Origin: Patescibacteria group bacterium
GTDB lineage: Bacteria > Patescibacteriota > Minisyncoccia > Phycocordibacterales > Phycocordibacteraceae
Length of the DNA: 64,000 nt
Reading direction: 5' to 3'
Assembly: GCA_038057055.1 (NCBI GenBank)
Contig: JBBUDY010000047.1
Span: forward strand, 16,048 to 80,047
The translations under genes were made by a program, and so were the position numbers. Numbering within the stretch: position 1 is the stretch's first letter; each line of letters starts with the position of its first letter. Shown here piece by piece: positions 28,992 through 38,921 of this stretch. Below the pieces are notes generated by a model. The model saw only the letters and a list, made by a program, of their open reading frames with translations, ran no database searches and was not told the DNA's origin.

Positions 28992-29750
28992 ATGAAAGCA
29001 GTCATTTTAGCCGGCGGGTCGGGTACGAGGCTGCACCCGCTTACGCTCTCAACCAACAAACACTTGTTACCTGTCTTTGATAAACCGGTCATCTACTATG
29101 CAATTCAGAAATTGGTTGACGCCGGAGTAGAAAGAATCATGATCGTCACGTCGCCCCACCACATTGACGCGTTTGTAAAGCTGCTCGGCTCCGGTCAGCA
29201 CTTCCTGTCGAAGAGGAAAGAAGGGAAACAGATACAGATTGTGTACAGCATCCAGAACGAGCCGAGCGGTATCGCCCACGGGCTGTACTTCGCTGAAGAT
29301 TATGTGGGTAGTGAAAATTGTGTTTTGTTTCTCGGAGACAATATCATTACGGACGATATCGCTCCCGCCATTAAAAAGTTTAAGAAAGGTGCGGCCGTTT
29401 TCCTGAAGAGAGTGCCGGACCCAAAGCGTTTTGGTGTAGCGACTATAAACAAAAAGGGTATCGTGACAGCCATTGAAGAAAAACCACTGAATCCCAAGAG
29501 TAATTTTGCAGTTACCGGACTATATATATATGACAACAGCGTGTTTAAGAAGATACGCAATGTTCCAAAAGGCGAGCGGGGAGAATATGAGATAACACAT
29601 GTCAACAATCAGTACATCGCAGAAAATGCTCTGCACGCGCATGTCCTGCAGAAAGAGTGGTTTGATATTGGTACGATAGAAAGCCTCCATGAGGCATCGG
29701 TATTTATGCGAAAACAGTCAAAAAACGCGAAAAATAAATTGAAGAAATGA
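28992..29750 (+). CDS. rmlA: Glucose-1-phosphate thymidylyltransferase (RmlA/SpsI-like)
   Basis: ILAGGSGTRLHPLT..NKHLLPVFDKP, LGDN, RFGVA, EEKP, VTGLYIYD, RGEYEIT, WFDIGT. Confidence 0.9.
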   Translation: MKAVILAGGSGTRLHPLTLSTNKHLLPVFDKPVIYYAIQKLVDAGVERIMIVTSPHHIDAFVKLLGSGQHFLSKRKEGKQIQIVYSIQNEPSGIAHGLYFAEDYVGSENCVLFLGDNIITDDIAPAIKKFKKGAAVFLKRVPDPKRFGVATINKKGIVTAIEEKPLNPKSNFAVTGLYIYDNSVFKKIRNVPKGERGEYEITHVNNQYIAENALHAHVLQKEWFDIGTIESLHEASVFMRKQSKNAKNKLKK

Positions 29751-30628
29751 AAGAGAACCTCGACCTTTCCATAGTCGTGTTGAATTACAACACCTCCGAT
29801 CTTCTGAACGACGCGCTTGAGTCTATCGTGTTGACTGTAGGTGATCTTACGGTTGACGTAACAGTCATCGATAATGCCTCCACTGACGGTGGATTCTCGC
29901 GCGTGGATGCGGTATATAAGAATGATGCGCGTTTTCGGTTCATAGAGAATAAAGAAAATATAGGATGGGCAATGGTGAATATGATGCTCGAGACACGAGG
30001 AAAATATGTCCTGACACTTGACCCGGACGCGATGCTCCACAAAGGGGCTATGCAGGCCTTAATGGCGTTTATGGATGCCACGCCGGACGCCGGTGGTGCA
30101 ACGGCGAAGCTTCTGAATAAGGACGGTTCTCTGCAATTCTACTATCGCCGCATCATGACGCCGCTCTACTTTTTCTTTACCACGATTATCGGAAGAGTGA
30201 TTGATAAATATATGCTCGGACTCCGCTACTTTAAACGTTATCGGTATGACAGTATCGACATGACCCGCGTGACAGAAATAGAGCAGCCCGCGATACCGTG
30301 CTTTATATGGCGAAGAGCGGCGGTTGGCGCGTACATCATTGACCCAGAACTCGGCTTCCAGTTCACCGATGTCGATATGTGCAAACGGCTCTACGATAAT
30401 GGATACAAGGTGTACCTCGTCCCAGAAGCCGTTGTGACCCACCTGAAATCAACGTCGTACAGCAGAAGGGGGGATGCATGGCGACGACGTATGTATAACC
30501 ACGCCATCAAAATCTATTTCAGGAAACATTACTCGAATTTTTATCCGTTATTCCTGATTCTTTTTTCGTTTGATAGGACTCTCCGCGCGCTTTTCCGGTA
30601 TAGTATAGGACGCGAACCGGCCCAGTAA
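29747..30628 (+). CDS. GT2 glycosyltransferase (WbbL/rhamnosyltransferase-like)
   Basis: SIVVLNYN, IDNASTDG, LDPD, DVDMCKRL, PEAVVTH. Confidence 0.85.
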   Translation: MKENLDLSIVVLNYNTSDLLNDALESIVLTVGDLTVDVTVIDNASTDGGFSRVDAVYKNDARFRFIENKENIGWAMVNMMLETRGKYVLTLDPDAMLHKGAMQALMAFMDATPDAGGATAKLLNKDGSLQFYYRRIMTPLYFFFTTIIGRVIDKYMLGLRYFKRYRYDSIDMTRVTEIEQPAIPCFIWRRAAVGAYIIDPELGFQFTDVDMCKRLYDNGYKVYLVPEAVVTHLKSTSYSRRGDAWRRRMYNHAIKIYFRKHYSNFYPLFLILFSFDRTLRALFRYSIGREPAQ

Positions 30629-30660
30629 CTATAGTTATTCTGGTATCGTTGTAACACAAT

Positions 30661-32553
30661 ATGTCTCCGCAGAATGAGCGAACTATCGTTTTCCTTTCGG
30701 AATTGAGACAGATAGAGGAATTTGAGAAATTTCTTTCAACCCATGCCGATTTGCGAAAAGAGGGATACTGTGTGATACCACTGGATGCGGAAATAGAACA
30801 CGCTCTGGCAGAAAAAAGGATACCATTTCGATCGGGAAGAAATTACCGTACCCATGATGCCGAGCCGATGATACAGGGAGAGGCGTGGCTTTTGTCCCTA
30901 TTCGATAGCGAGCAATGGTCGTTCTTTCGTTATCGCAGTGTGTCGCTCTCCCGTCTCTACTTCTTCCCCTTTCAGGCATACCTCGCTCCGCTTCTTTATT
31001 ATGCTGATATTGTGGCAAACGTTCTCACACGGCATCCAGGTATTCAGCGCTGTATCGCTTTCCCTCCGACTGTCGGGGTGCCGCCGATGGGATTCTCACT
31101 GGAAGTCCACAAAATCAGAACGGTTCCCGATGTCGTTGCGTGCCTCGCACAGGAACGCGGCAAAGAGGTGCTCATTCCGGAAAGCATCGTGCCGGCACAG
31201 ACGCGGACATCCAACCTCTCTTTTTTCATTAAAAGAATGTTGTTCGGTTGGGGTATCGGTATTCTGAACGCCTTTGTCTCATTGCTCCGTCGTCCACGGC
31301 GCCTCCGTGTACTCGCAAGCGACTATTGGGGTTATCTCGAGCCATATGTAAAGAATTTGGGTTCGGCCGAAATCTTTCTGCTGGATCGCATGCAAGCATT
31401 CAAAGCGGGGTTCTCAAATATCTGGAGATTTCGTATGCGTTTTGTGCATCTGGATGCTTATGCCGGAGGAAGTTCCTCTGAAAGAGAACAGGCACAGGAA
31501 CGCATCCCGAAAGAATGGGAGACCATCAAAAAGGATCCGAACTTCCCGAAATTCCTATTTCGCGGTTTCTCCATTCAACCACTGGTAATACAGGCACTCG
31601 ATACGATTATTGCAGATGTTATTTCACATGTTTTGAAAGACATTGATGATTCATACGCATTGCTTGCGCGCGTGAAGCCGGACGTCGTTGAGCTACGCTC
31701 GACCATGAGCGGGCAGACGCATTTCGTCATCCTGGCACAGGTTGCTCGTGCGCTCGGAATACCCTCTCTCGAAATGCAGCATGGAATAGAATATTACGGC
31801 CCCGGTTCGATGGATCGGCGGCACAGCGCAGAGCATATGGGCGTATATGGACCGCTCACGCAGAGGGAATTGCATACTGCAGAAGACAGTATTACCACGC
31901 ACGTTATCGGCTCTCCACGTTTCGATATCTACGCCTCCATTTCTGAAACAGATCGAACTACACAAACCACTTTGCACACAGGGATAACTGTGCTGTGCAT
32001 CGCACCGCCGATTACACCCTCCGTAATTGATACTTTCGATATTGAAGAATATTTTTCTTCGATAGCTCAAGCTGTGCGAAAGATACAAAACGTTTCGGTC
32101 ATCATAAAATTCAGGCCCGGACCCTACCGCCAGTCTTTCTATGAGACGGCCGTCGCGCATACATTTGAAGGTGTACCGCATCGCATTGCCCAATATGAAT
32201 CCCTTGCCGAGCTTTGCCCACAAGCGGATATTGCTGTGTCGAATTATTCGACCGCCACGCTTGAGGTGCTCCAGTGTGGTACCCCTCTTATCTATTTCGG
32301 TGTTTCTCCGGGATTTGACCTCATGGCCGACTTATATTTTGCGCCTCACAAGCAAGAAGGCGCATTGATGATTGTAAAAACGAAAGAAGAACTCGCATGT
32401 GCTCTAGGGACTCTTGCGAAAGATCCGCAGGCTCGTGAGCAATTATCCCAGGCGGCCGCCTCTTTTCTCAAAAAAGAATACGCGTTTGACGGCAAAGCCA
32501 GCAAGCGTGCCGCGGCGCTCATTATCTCCCTCGCATCTTTACCGTCGCGATAA
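30661..32553 (+). CDS. GT-B-like polysaccharide biosynthesis protein (candidate nonulosonate transferase)
   Basis: 630 aa; EMQHG, IGSPRFD, IKFRP, ADIAVSNYSTATLE, DGKASKR; directly upstream of the nonulosonate genes. Confidence 0.5.
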   Translation: MSPQNERTIVFLSELRQIEEFEKFLSTHADLRKEGYCVIPLDAEIEHALAEKRIPFRSGRNYRTHDAEPMIQGEAWLLSLFDSEQWSFFRYRSVSLSRLYFFPFQAYLAPLLYYADIVANVLTRHPGIQRCIAFPPTVGVPPMGFSLEVHKIRTVPDVVACLAQERGKEVLIPESIVPAQTRTSNLSFFIKRMLFGWGIGILNAFVSLLRRPRRLRVLASDYWGYLEPYVKNLGSAEIFLLDRMQAFKAGFSNIWRFRMRFVHLDAYAGGSSSEREQAQERIPKEWETIKKDPNFPKFLFRGFSIQPLVIQALDTIIADVISHVLKDIDDSYALLARVKPDVVELRSTMSGQTHFVILAQVARALGIPSLEMQHGIEYYGPGSMDRRHSAEHMGVYGPLTQRELHTAEDSITTHVIGSPRFDIYASISETDRTTQTTLHTGITVLCIAPPITPSVIDTFDIEEYFSSIAQAVRKIQNVSVIIKFRPGPYRQSFYETAVAHTFEGVPHRIAQYESLAELCPQADIAVSNYSTATLEVLQCGTPLIYFGVSPGFDLMADLYFAPHKQEGALMIVKTKEELACALGTLAKDPQAREQLSQAAASFLKKEYAFDGKASKRAAALIISLASLPSR

Positions 32554-32569
32554 AGGTTATTATAGGCCT

Positions 32570-33316
32570 ATGCGCGTTATTGCTCGGCTGGATATCAAAG
32601 GGCCAAATGTAGTCAAGACGGTTCGCACTGAAGGACTGCGCGTCGTGGGTAATCCGGAAGTGCTCGCAAAGAAATATTACGATGGAGGCGTAGACGAATT
32701 GATCTATATGGATATCGTTGCGAGTTTGTACCAGCGTAACCTCGATTTTGAACAACTCAAGTTGGTCTCGGAGAATATCTTTGTGCCGCTCACTGTGGGT
32801 GGCGGTATTCGTTCACTCGGTGATATCGAAGCTGCGCTTCGCGCTGGAGCGGACAAGGTTGCGGTCAATACGTTCGCCGTGCATCATCCAGAATTCCTGA
32901 AAGAGGCAGTAGAACGATTCGGCGCGCAGTGCATCGTACTTTCCGTCGAAGCGAAGAGGATTGGTGAAGGGAAGTGGGAGGCATATACCGACGGCGGCCG
33001 CGAGAAGACGAATGTCTATGTACTCGAATGGGTCGCACACGCTATAAAACTTGGCGTCGGAGAGATTCTTGTCACGTCGGTTGATACAGATGGCACGAAG
33101 AACGGCTACGATCTCGAACTTATCCGTGCGGTTTCGGATATTTCACCAGTGCCTGTTATTGCACACGGTGGCGCAGGCAATGCAGAAGACATACTCGCGA
33201 CCGTGCACGCGGGCGCCGATGCGGTGTCGGCTTCTTCTATCTACCACTACAACCTTATTTCAGTACCGCAGGTAAAAGAATTTTTACGCGCGCAAGGCGT
33301 CACTATACGTATATGA
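32570..33316 (+). CDS. HisF-like cyclase, glycan amidation type (WbuZ-like)
   Basis: IARLDIKGPNVVK, EGLRVVG, YMDIVASLY, VGGGIRS, GADKV, TSVDTDGT; next to a sugar amidotransferase. Confidence 0.85.
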   Translation: MRVIARLDIKGPNVVKTVRTEGLRVVGNPEVLAKKYYDGGVDELIYMDIVASLYQRNLDFEQLKLVSENIFVPLTVGGGIRSLGDIEAALRAGADKVAVNTFAVHHPEFLKEAVERFGAQCIVLSVEAKRIGEGKWEAYTDGGREKTNVYVLEWVAHAIKLGVGEILVTSVDTDGTKNGYDLELIRAVSDISPVPVIAHGGAGNAEDILATVHAGADAVSASSIYHYNLISVPQVKEFLRAQGVTIRI

Positions 33317-33948
33317 AAAAGGATCCAACCATCGTTATCATTGATTCTGGCGTCGGGAATTTATGGAGCGCCCTAAAGGCGGTGCGCCGTTTTGCACCTT
33401 CTGCGTTCATTACCGAAGAGAAAGAGAAGGTCGAAACAGCAGATGCGATTATTCTTCCCGGCGTTGGAACCTTTAAGGCAGGAATGGAAGGCCTCGCCGT
33501 ACGCGGCCTTGTTGAGCCCATACGTGTTGCAGGGAAGCGCGGCATGCCGATACTGGGAATATGCCTCGGCGCGCAGCTCCTGCTCGAGCGTGGTTATGAG
33601 TTCGGAGAGTATGAAGGCCTTGGACTCATTAAAGGGGAAGTGCGCCGGTTCCCCGAACTGCCAAAGGGCATCAAGGTGCCCGCCATAGGATGGCAGGAGG
33701 TCATGCCGGCGGTTGCGCCAAATGCAAAAAAACTCTTTGAAGATATTACGAATCCGTTCTTCTATTTCGTGCATTCCTATGTGCTTGCGCCTTCCTCGAC
33801 AGAGTCATCGCTTGCGAGTACGACCTATGGCGATTATGCTTACTGTGCGGTGGTCGGACAGGGGAATATCTATGGGACACAGTTTCATCCCGAGAAAAGC
33901 GGCGAGGCAGGCCTGCAACTCATACAAAATTTCATCAATTCAATTTAG
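33313..33948 (+). CDS. HisH-like glutaminase subunit (WbuY-like)
   Basis: GVGNL, LPGVG, LGICLGAQ, YFVHSY, QFHPEKSG. Confidence 0.88.
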   Translation: MKKDPTIVIIDSGVGNLWSALKAVRRFAPSAFITEEKEKVETADAIILPGVGTFKAGMEGLAVRGLVEPIRVAGKRGMPILGICLGAQLLLERGYEFGEYEGLGLIKGEVRRFPELPKGIKVPAIGWQEVMPAVAPNAKKLFEDITNPFFYFVHSYVLAPSSTESSLASTTYGDYAYCAVVGQGNIYGTQFHPEKSGEAGLQLIQNFINSI

Positions 33949-33955
33949 ATATTTT

Positions 33956-35209
33956 ATGACAACAGCTGGTATGTATGGGCTCCCCATTGACGTGAAGTTT
34001 TGCAAGAAATGCGTCATTTCAAATCAACGGCCGAGCTCCACGGTGGAGTTCAAGAATAAAGCAGATTCCAAAAAAGAGACCATTCATTTTGATGAGAATG
34101 GTGTCTGTGATGCCTGCGCATTTGCCGAAAAGAAAAACGCTACTATTGATTGGGAAAAACGAGAACAGAAACTGAAAGCCCTCTGCGAGGAACACCGTTC
34201 AAAAGATGGCAGCTACGATTGTCTTGTGCCGGGAAGCGGGGGTAAAGACAGTGTCATGGCGGCGCATCTTTTGAAATATAAGTACGGTATGCATCCCCTG
34301 ACCGTAACGTGGGCACCGCATATGTACACACCATGGGGATGGAAAAATTTTCAGTCGTGGATTCATTCCGGCTTCGATAACTATTTGTGTACACCAAACG
34401 GTAAAGTTCACCGCCTACTCACTCGGTTGGCCGTTGAGAATCTTTTTCATCCGTTTCAAGCTTTTATGATCGGACAGAAAGCACTTGCGCCGAAAATGGC
34501 GATTCTTTTCAATATCCCGCTTGTCTTCTATGGCGAGAATGAGGCCGAATATGGCAATGCGGTCGCGGATAACACGAGCGCCATGCGGGATTGGAAATAT
34601 TTTACCGCCACCGATGATGCTGACATCTATCTCGGCGGAACATCACTCAAGGACCTGAAAGAGAAGTATGGTGTTGATCGTGGAGAGCTTGCGCCCTATT
34701 TGCCGGCGGACCCCAAAGCAATACAGAAACTAGGTATGGAGGTGCATTATCTCGGCTACTATCTCAAGTGGCGACCCCAGGCAGCCTACTACTACGCCGC
34801 CGAGCATGCGGGTTTTGAGGCGTCTCCGGAACGCACGCCCGGCACATACAGCAAATACAACTCCATAGATGACAAGATAGATGACTTCCACTACTACACG
34901 ACCTTCATTAAATTTGGCATCGGTCGTGCCACCTACGACGCCGCGCAAGAAATTCGCAATGGAGAAATCACACGCGAAGAGGGTGTCGCGCTCGTGAAGC
35001 GTTTTGACGGAGAATGGCCGGAACGCTTTGCGGACGAGATATTCAACTACCTTTCCATTTCTGAAAAAGAATTTCCTGAAGCATACAAAGCGTTCAAGCA
35101 TCCGGGAATGACGCGTGAATATTTCATGCAACTTGCCGAGAAGTTCCGCCCACCGCACCTCTGGAAGAAAGAGGGAAGCGAGTGGAAATTACTCCATCAG
35201 GTTTCCTAG
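33956..35209 (+). CDS. N-acetyl sugar amidotransferase (WbuX/PseA/PtmG-like)
   Basis: FCKKCVISNQRP, CDAC, PP-loop VPGSGGKDS, YGENEAEYG, KFGIGRA, IRNGEITREE. Confidence 0.9.
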   Translation: MTTAGMYGLPIDVKFCKKCVISNQRPSSTVEFKNKADSKKETIHFDENGVCDACAFAEKKNATIDWEKREQKLKALCEEHRSKDGSYDCLVPGSGGKDSVMAAHLLKYKYGMHPLTVTWAPHMYTPWGWKNFQSWIHSGFDNYLCTPNGKVHRLLTRLAVENLFHPFQAFMIGQKALAPKMAILFNIPLVFYGENEAEYGNAVADNTSAMRDWKYFTATDDADIYLGGTSLKDLKEKYGVDRGELAPYLPADPKAIQKLGMEVHYLGYYLKWRPQAAYYYAAEHAGFEASPERTPGTYSKYNSIDDKIDDFHYYTTFIKFGIGRATYDAAQEIRNGEITREEGVALVKRFDGEWPERFADEIFNYLSISEKEFPEAYKAFKHPGMTREYFMQLAEKFRPPHLWKKEGSEWKLLHQVS

Positions 35210-35210
35210 T

Positions 35211-35906
35211 ATGTATAAAGATAAAAAAATACTCTGTATCATCCCGGCACGCGGCGGCTCTAGGCGCTTGCCGGGGAAGAATATAAAACTACTGAACGGC
35301 GTTCCGCTCATCGGCTACGCCATTCGCGCGGCAAAAGGATCGCAGTACGTCGATACGGTTATTGTCTCAACTGATGACGAAGAAATCGCTCGTGTCGCTC
35401 GCGAGCAAGGAGCCGACATGCCGTTTATGCGCCCAACCGAACTCGCGAGTGATACTGCGACGACGCTTCCGGTGTTGGAGCACGCGGTTGGTTTTCTTGA
35501 AGAAAAAGGACTACACTTCGACCTCATCTTGCTCATCCAACCGACTGTTCCCGGCGTTGAATCCCACGATGTTGACGCGGCGATAGAGAAGCTCGTCGTC
35601 ACTGGCGCTAATTCATGTGTCTCGGTATGTGAGATTGTTGAACGACCAGAATGGATGTATCGCATGGGCGAAGGAGCACGCGTAACCCCTTACGTAGAGA
35701 CCACGGTGACACACAGCCAGGATATGGAAAAGTTATATCGTGTGAATGGGGCAGTATACGTGATGACCCATGACACAGTGATGAAAAGACATCTCATTCG
35801 GGACAATGAGAGCTGTGTAGCGGTCATGATGCCGATGGAACGTTCCACCGATATTGATACCCCGATGGATTTTATAATCGCTGAAACCCTTTTGACAAAA
35901 CCATAG
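35211..35906 (+). CDS. neuA: CMP-nonulosonic acid synthetase
   Basis: IIPARGGSRRLPGKN, VSTDDEEI, PFMRP.ELASD, QPT, NGAVY, DIDT. Confidence 0.9.
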   Translation: MYKDKKILCIIPARGGSRRLPGKNIKLLNGVPLIGYAIRAAKGSQYVDTVIVSTDDEEIARVAREQGADMPFMRPTELASDTATTLPVLEHAVGFLEEKGLHFDLILLIQPTVPGVESHDVDAAIEKLVVTGANSCVSVCEIVERPEWMYRMGEGARVTPYVETTVTHSQDMEKLYRVNGAVYVMTHDTVMKRHLIRDNESCVAVMMPMERSTDIDTPMDFIIAETLLTKP

Positions 35907-35921
35907 TTTAATAGGGTACTC

Positions 35922-36716
35922 ATGAAAACATCACAGACAACCATCTTTGACCTTACGGGGAAGGTCTGCGTCATTATTGGCGGAGCCGGTCTCATCGGCA
36001 CAGATTTTTCACGCCGTTGCGCCACTCATGGCGCAACAGTGGTTATCGTCGAGCGCAACGAGAAAAAAGGGCAGGCGCTCGCGAAGCGCATTTGTGAGAA
36101 TGGCGGCACGGCGGTGTTTGAACAGTGCGATACGACTGATGAAGTCTCGGTCGTACGTCTCGTCGAACGAGTTTGGAAGCGCTTTAAGCGCGTAGACGGT
36201 CTCGTAAACGCCGCGCATTTCAGTACGGGGCGTCCGGGAGAATCGATGTTGGAAGTACCGTACAGCGACTTTCTGGAATATCTTGGCATGCATGTGGGGG
36301 GACCGTTTCTTGCCGCTCGGGAGTTTGCGAAAAAAATGATTAAACAAAAAAGCGGTTCCATTGTGTTTATGGGTTCCATCTACGGCGGCACCGCCCCGCG
36401 TTTTGAAATATATGAGGGAACGTCGCAGACCGTTCGGGCAGAATATGCTGCTGCTAAAGCTGCGCTTGTTCATCTCGCTCGTTTTTTGGCGAAATATCTC
36501 GGACCACACGGAATTCGGGTAAACGTACTGTCTCCAGGGGCTGTGCAAAATAAACAAACCCATTCTGTTGTTAAGGCATACAACAAACAGGTTGTGTTGG
36601 GGAAGCGCATGGCGCATCCTGATGACATATCTCCCGCACTCATCTTTCTTTTCTCAGAGGCCTCAAAGTATGTAACGGGGCAGAATCTTATCATCGACGG
36701 CGGATGGACGCTATGA
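35922..36716 (+). CDS. SDR oxidoreductase (PtmA-like)
   Basis: GGAGLIG, GSIYG..APRFEIYEG, EYAAAK, IRVNVLSPG, VTGQNLIIDGG. Confidence 0.85.
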   Translation: MKTSQTTIFDLTGKVCVIIGGAGLIGTDFSRRCATHGATVVIVERNEKKGQALAKRICENGGTAVFEQCDTTDEVSVVRLVERVWKRFKRVDGLVNAAHFSTGRPGESMLEVPYSDFLEYLGMHVGGPFLAAREFAKKMIKQKSGSIVFMGSIYGGTAPRFEIYEGTSQTVRAEYAAAKAALVHLARFLAKYLGPHGIRVNVLSPGAVQNKQTHSVVKAYNKQVVLGKRMAHPDDISPALIFLFSEASKYVTGQNLIIDGGWTL

Positions 36717-37777
36717 AAAAACAAAAGAGAATACGGATTGGAACATTTATTGTTGGTGAAGGACGACCAGTCTTTATCATTGCGGAAGCGGGCGTCAATC
36801 ATAACGGAAGTATTGCACTCGCTAAAAAGCTCGTGGATGTAGCAAAGGAAGCGGGAGCTGATGCAGTGAAATTCCAGAATTTTACCGCAGAAGAGGTTAC
36901 GACCGCTGATGCTGGTATGGCAGAGTATCAAAAGCGCAATACAGGGAAATCAGAATCGCAAATAGAGATGATACGAAAATTCGAGCTCCCCGCGTCGGCA
37001 TTCAAAGAGATTTCTGCTTACTGCAAGAAAAGGGGCATTATGTTCCTTTCCGCGCCGCACGGTGGTTTTGCAAGCGTGGATGTACTCAAGAATTTGAACG
37101 TTCCTGCGTATAAGTTCGGTTCCGCTGACCTCAACAACTTGCCGGTGCTTGCATATACGGCGCGTTTCAAAAAGCCCCTTATCATCTCGACCGGCATGGC
37201 AGACATGAGAAGTATCGCCGAAGCAGTTCAAACCATCCGCAAAGCCGGGAACGACAAGATAGTGATATTCCATTGCACGACGGATTATCCGACTCGACTC
37301 GAGGACGTTAACATGCGGGCGATGCAAACCATCCGAGACACCTTTAACGTAGTCGTCGGATACTCCGACCACACGGTTGGAGATGAAGCATCTATTATTG
37401 CCGTTGCGCTTGGCGCGAACGTTCTTGAGAAACACCTGACCCTCGATAACAGTATGACAGGTCCCGATCATAAAGCGTCGGCGAACCCGGAAGATTTTAG
37501 AAACTATGTGCAGGCGATACGCGATGCTGAAATGATGCTCGGCTCGTCTAAAAAAATGATAGTGAAGGCGGCTCGGCAGTATATGCCGCTTGTGTTGAAG
37601 AGTGTCGTTGCGCGCGGTCATATTAAGCGCGGAGAGAGATTGACGAGAGAAAACCTCGCCATTAAGCGTCCCGCAGGAGGACTGCCGCCGAAGTTCTATT
37701 TCGATATGCTTGGTAAGCGCGCGACTAAAGATTTGAGACCTGACCAGTTCATCCGTCGAGGCGACTATGCGAAGTAG
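36713..37777 (+). CDS. neuB: Nonulosonic acid synthase (NeuB/LegI family)
   Basis: IIAEAGVNHNG, GADAVKFQ, ISTGM, HCTTDYP, GYSDHT, EKHLTLD..GPDHKAS, C-terminal SAF domain. Confidence 0.93.
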   Translation: MKKQKRIRIGTFIVGEGRPVFIIAEAGVNHNGSIALAKKLVDVAKEAGADAVKFQNFTAEEVTTADAGMAEYQKRNTGKSESQIEMIRKFELPASAFKEISAYCKKRGIMFLSAPHGGFASVDVLKNLNVPAYKFGSADLNNLPVLAYTARFKKPLIISTGMADMRSIAEAVQTIRKAGNDKIVIFHCTTDYPTRLEDVNMRAMQTIRDTFNVVVGYSDHTVGDEASIIAVALGANVLEKHLTLDNSMTGPDHKASANPEDFRNYVQAIRDAEMMLGSSKKMIVKAARQYMPLVLKSVVARGHIKRGERLTRENLAIKRPAGGLPPKFYFDMLGKRATKDLRPDQFIRRGDYAK

Positions 37778-38915
37778 AAAAAAGAAAAAGGTGCTCGTTA
37801 TTACCGGCACTCGTGCCGAGTATGGGTTGTTGCGTCCTGTCATACGAGAGATACGCAAGAGTAAGGTGCTCACATTGCGGTTGCTCGTGACCGGCATGCA
37901 CACGCAAAAGAAATACGGCAAAACCATCGATCTTATCAAAAAAGACCACATACCCATTTCATCGGTCGTACCGATTGGTCAAAATGATTCGATGCTCATG
38001 GCGCTCAGCAAAGAAATCGTCGGTATAGAGAAATACTGTCTCAAAGAACGACCGGATGTACTTCTTGTTGATGCGGATAGAGGTGAGGGTTTTGCGGGGG
38101 CTCTTGTTGCCGGTCACCTCTGTATTCCGCTTGCTCACATGGGAGGGGGAGACACGAGTGGTTTTGGAGTAGATGAACCCATCAGGCACTCAATAACAAA
38201 ATTCGCGCATGTGCATTTCCCAATCTCTGTAGAGAGCGCGAAACGCATACAGCGCCTTGGCGAAGAGGCGTGGCGTATCCATATGGTAGGCACGACGGCG
38301 TTTGAAGAGGCACTGTCGACCAGGCTCCCGGATAGGAAGCAACTTGCGAAACGTTTGAGACTCGACGCAAATCTTCCGTGGATATTGTTCACCCAACACC
38401 CGACCCCGCTTGATTCCACCCCGGTGAGTCAGCAGATAGTTCCGTCTCTGAAGGCTCTTAAAAATGTTCGGGCGGAAAAAATACTTATCTACCCGAACTC
38501 CGATACCGGAGCAGATATTGTTATTCGGTCGATAGAGGCATTAAGAGGAGAGCGTCAGGTGCACATATACGCATCCTTTCCCCGTAACGTATACCTCGCA
38601 CTCCTCAAAGAAAGCGATATTGTCGTCGGTAATTCAAGTTCAGGGATTGTGGAGGCAGGGTTCTTTCATAAGCCGGTCGTTGATATCGGCAATCGGCAGA
38701 AGGGACGCGAACACGGCCGGAACGTCATTCATGTTCCGTATGATGAGCAAAAAATCTCGCGCGCCATCACAACAGGGCTTTCCGGAGCATTCAAGAAGAC
38801 GTACAAGAGCATGACGCATCCCTATGGGGGCGGTACTGCAAGCAGAAAGATTGTACGGATATTGGAGAACTTGCGCCTGGACGAGAAACTGATGTATAAA
38901 CAGATACCGCTCTAA
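37767..38915 (+). CDS. neuC: Hydrolysing NDP-sugar 2-epimerase (NeuC/LegG family)
   Basis: ITGTRAEYGLL, VTGMH, DEPIRHSITK, YPNSD, GNSSSGIVEA, IGNRQKGR, PYGGG. Confidence 0.9.
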   Translation: MRSRKKKKVLVITGTRAEYGLLRPVIREIRKSKVLTLRLLVTGMHTQKKYGKTIDLIKKDHIPISSVVPIGQNDSMLMALSKEIVGIEKYCLKERPDVLLVDADRGEGFAGALVAGHLCIPLAHMGGGDTSGFGVDEPIRHSITKFAHVHFPISVESAKRIQRLGEEAWRIHMVGTTAFEEALSTRLPDRKQLAKRLRLDANLPWILFTQHPTPLDSTPVSQQIVPSLKALKNVRAEKILIYPNSDTGADIVIRSIEALRGERQVHIYASFPRNVYLALLKESDIVVGNSSSGIVEAGFFHKPVVDIGNRQKGREHGRNVIHVPYDEQKISRAITTGLSGAFKKTYKSMTHPYGGGTASRKIVRILENLRLDEKLMYKQIPL

Positions 38916-38921
38916 GACCAT

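Noticed and set aside
32570-33948. hisF/hisH as histidine biosynthesis genes
   Set aside because: No other his genes nearby; they directly precede an N-acetyl sugar amidotransferase, the known WbuXYZ-type ammonia-supply arrangement
2756-37957. Long antisense or alternate-frame ORFs (e.g. 2756-3664, 26785-27411, 36950-37957)
   Set aside because: They shadow well-supported genes on the opposite strand and carry no recognisable motifs
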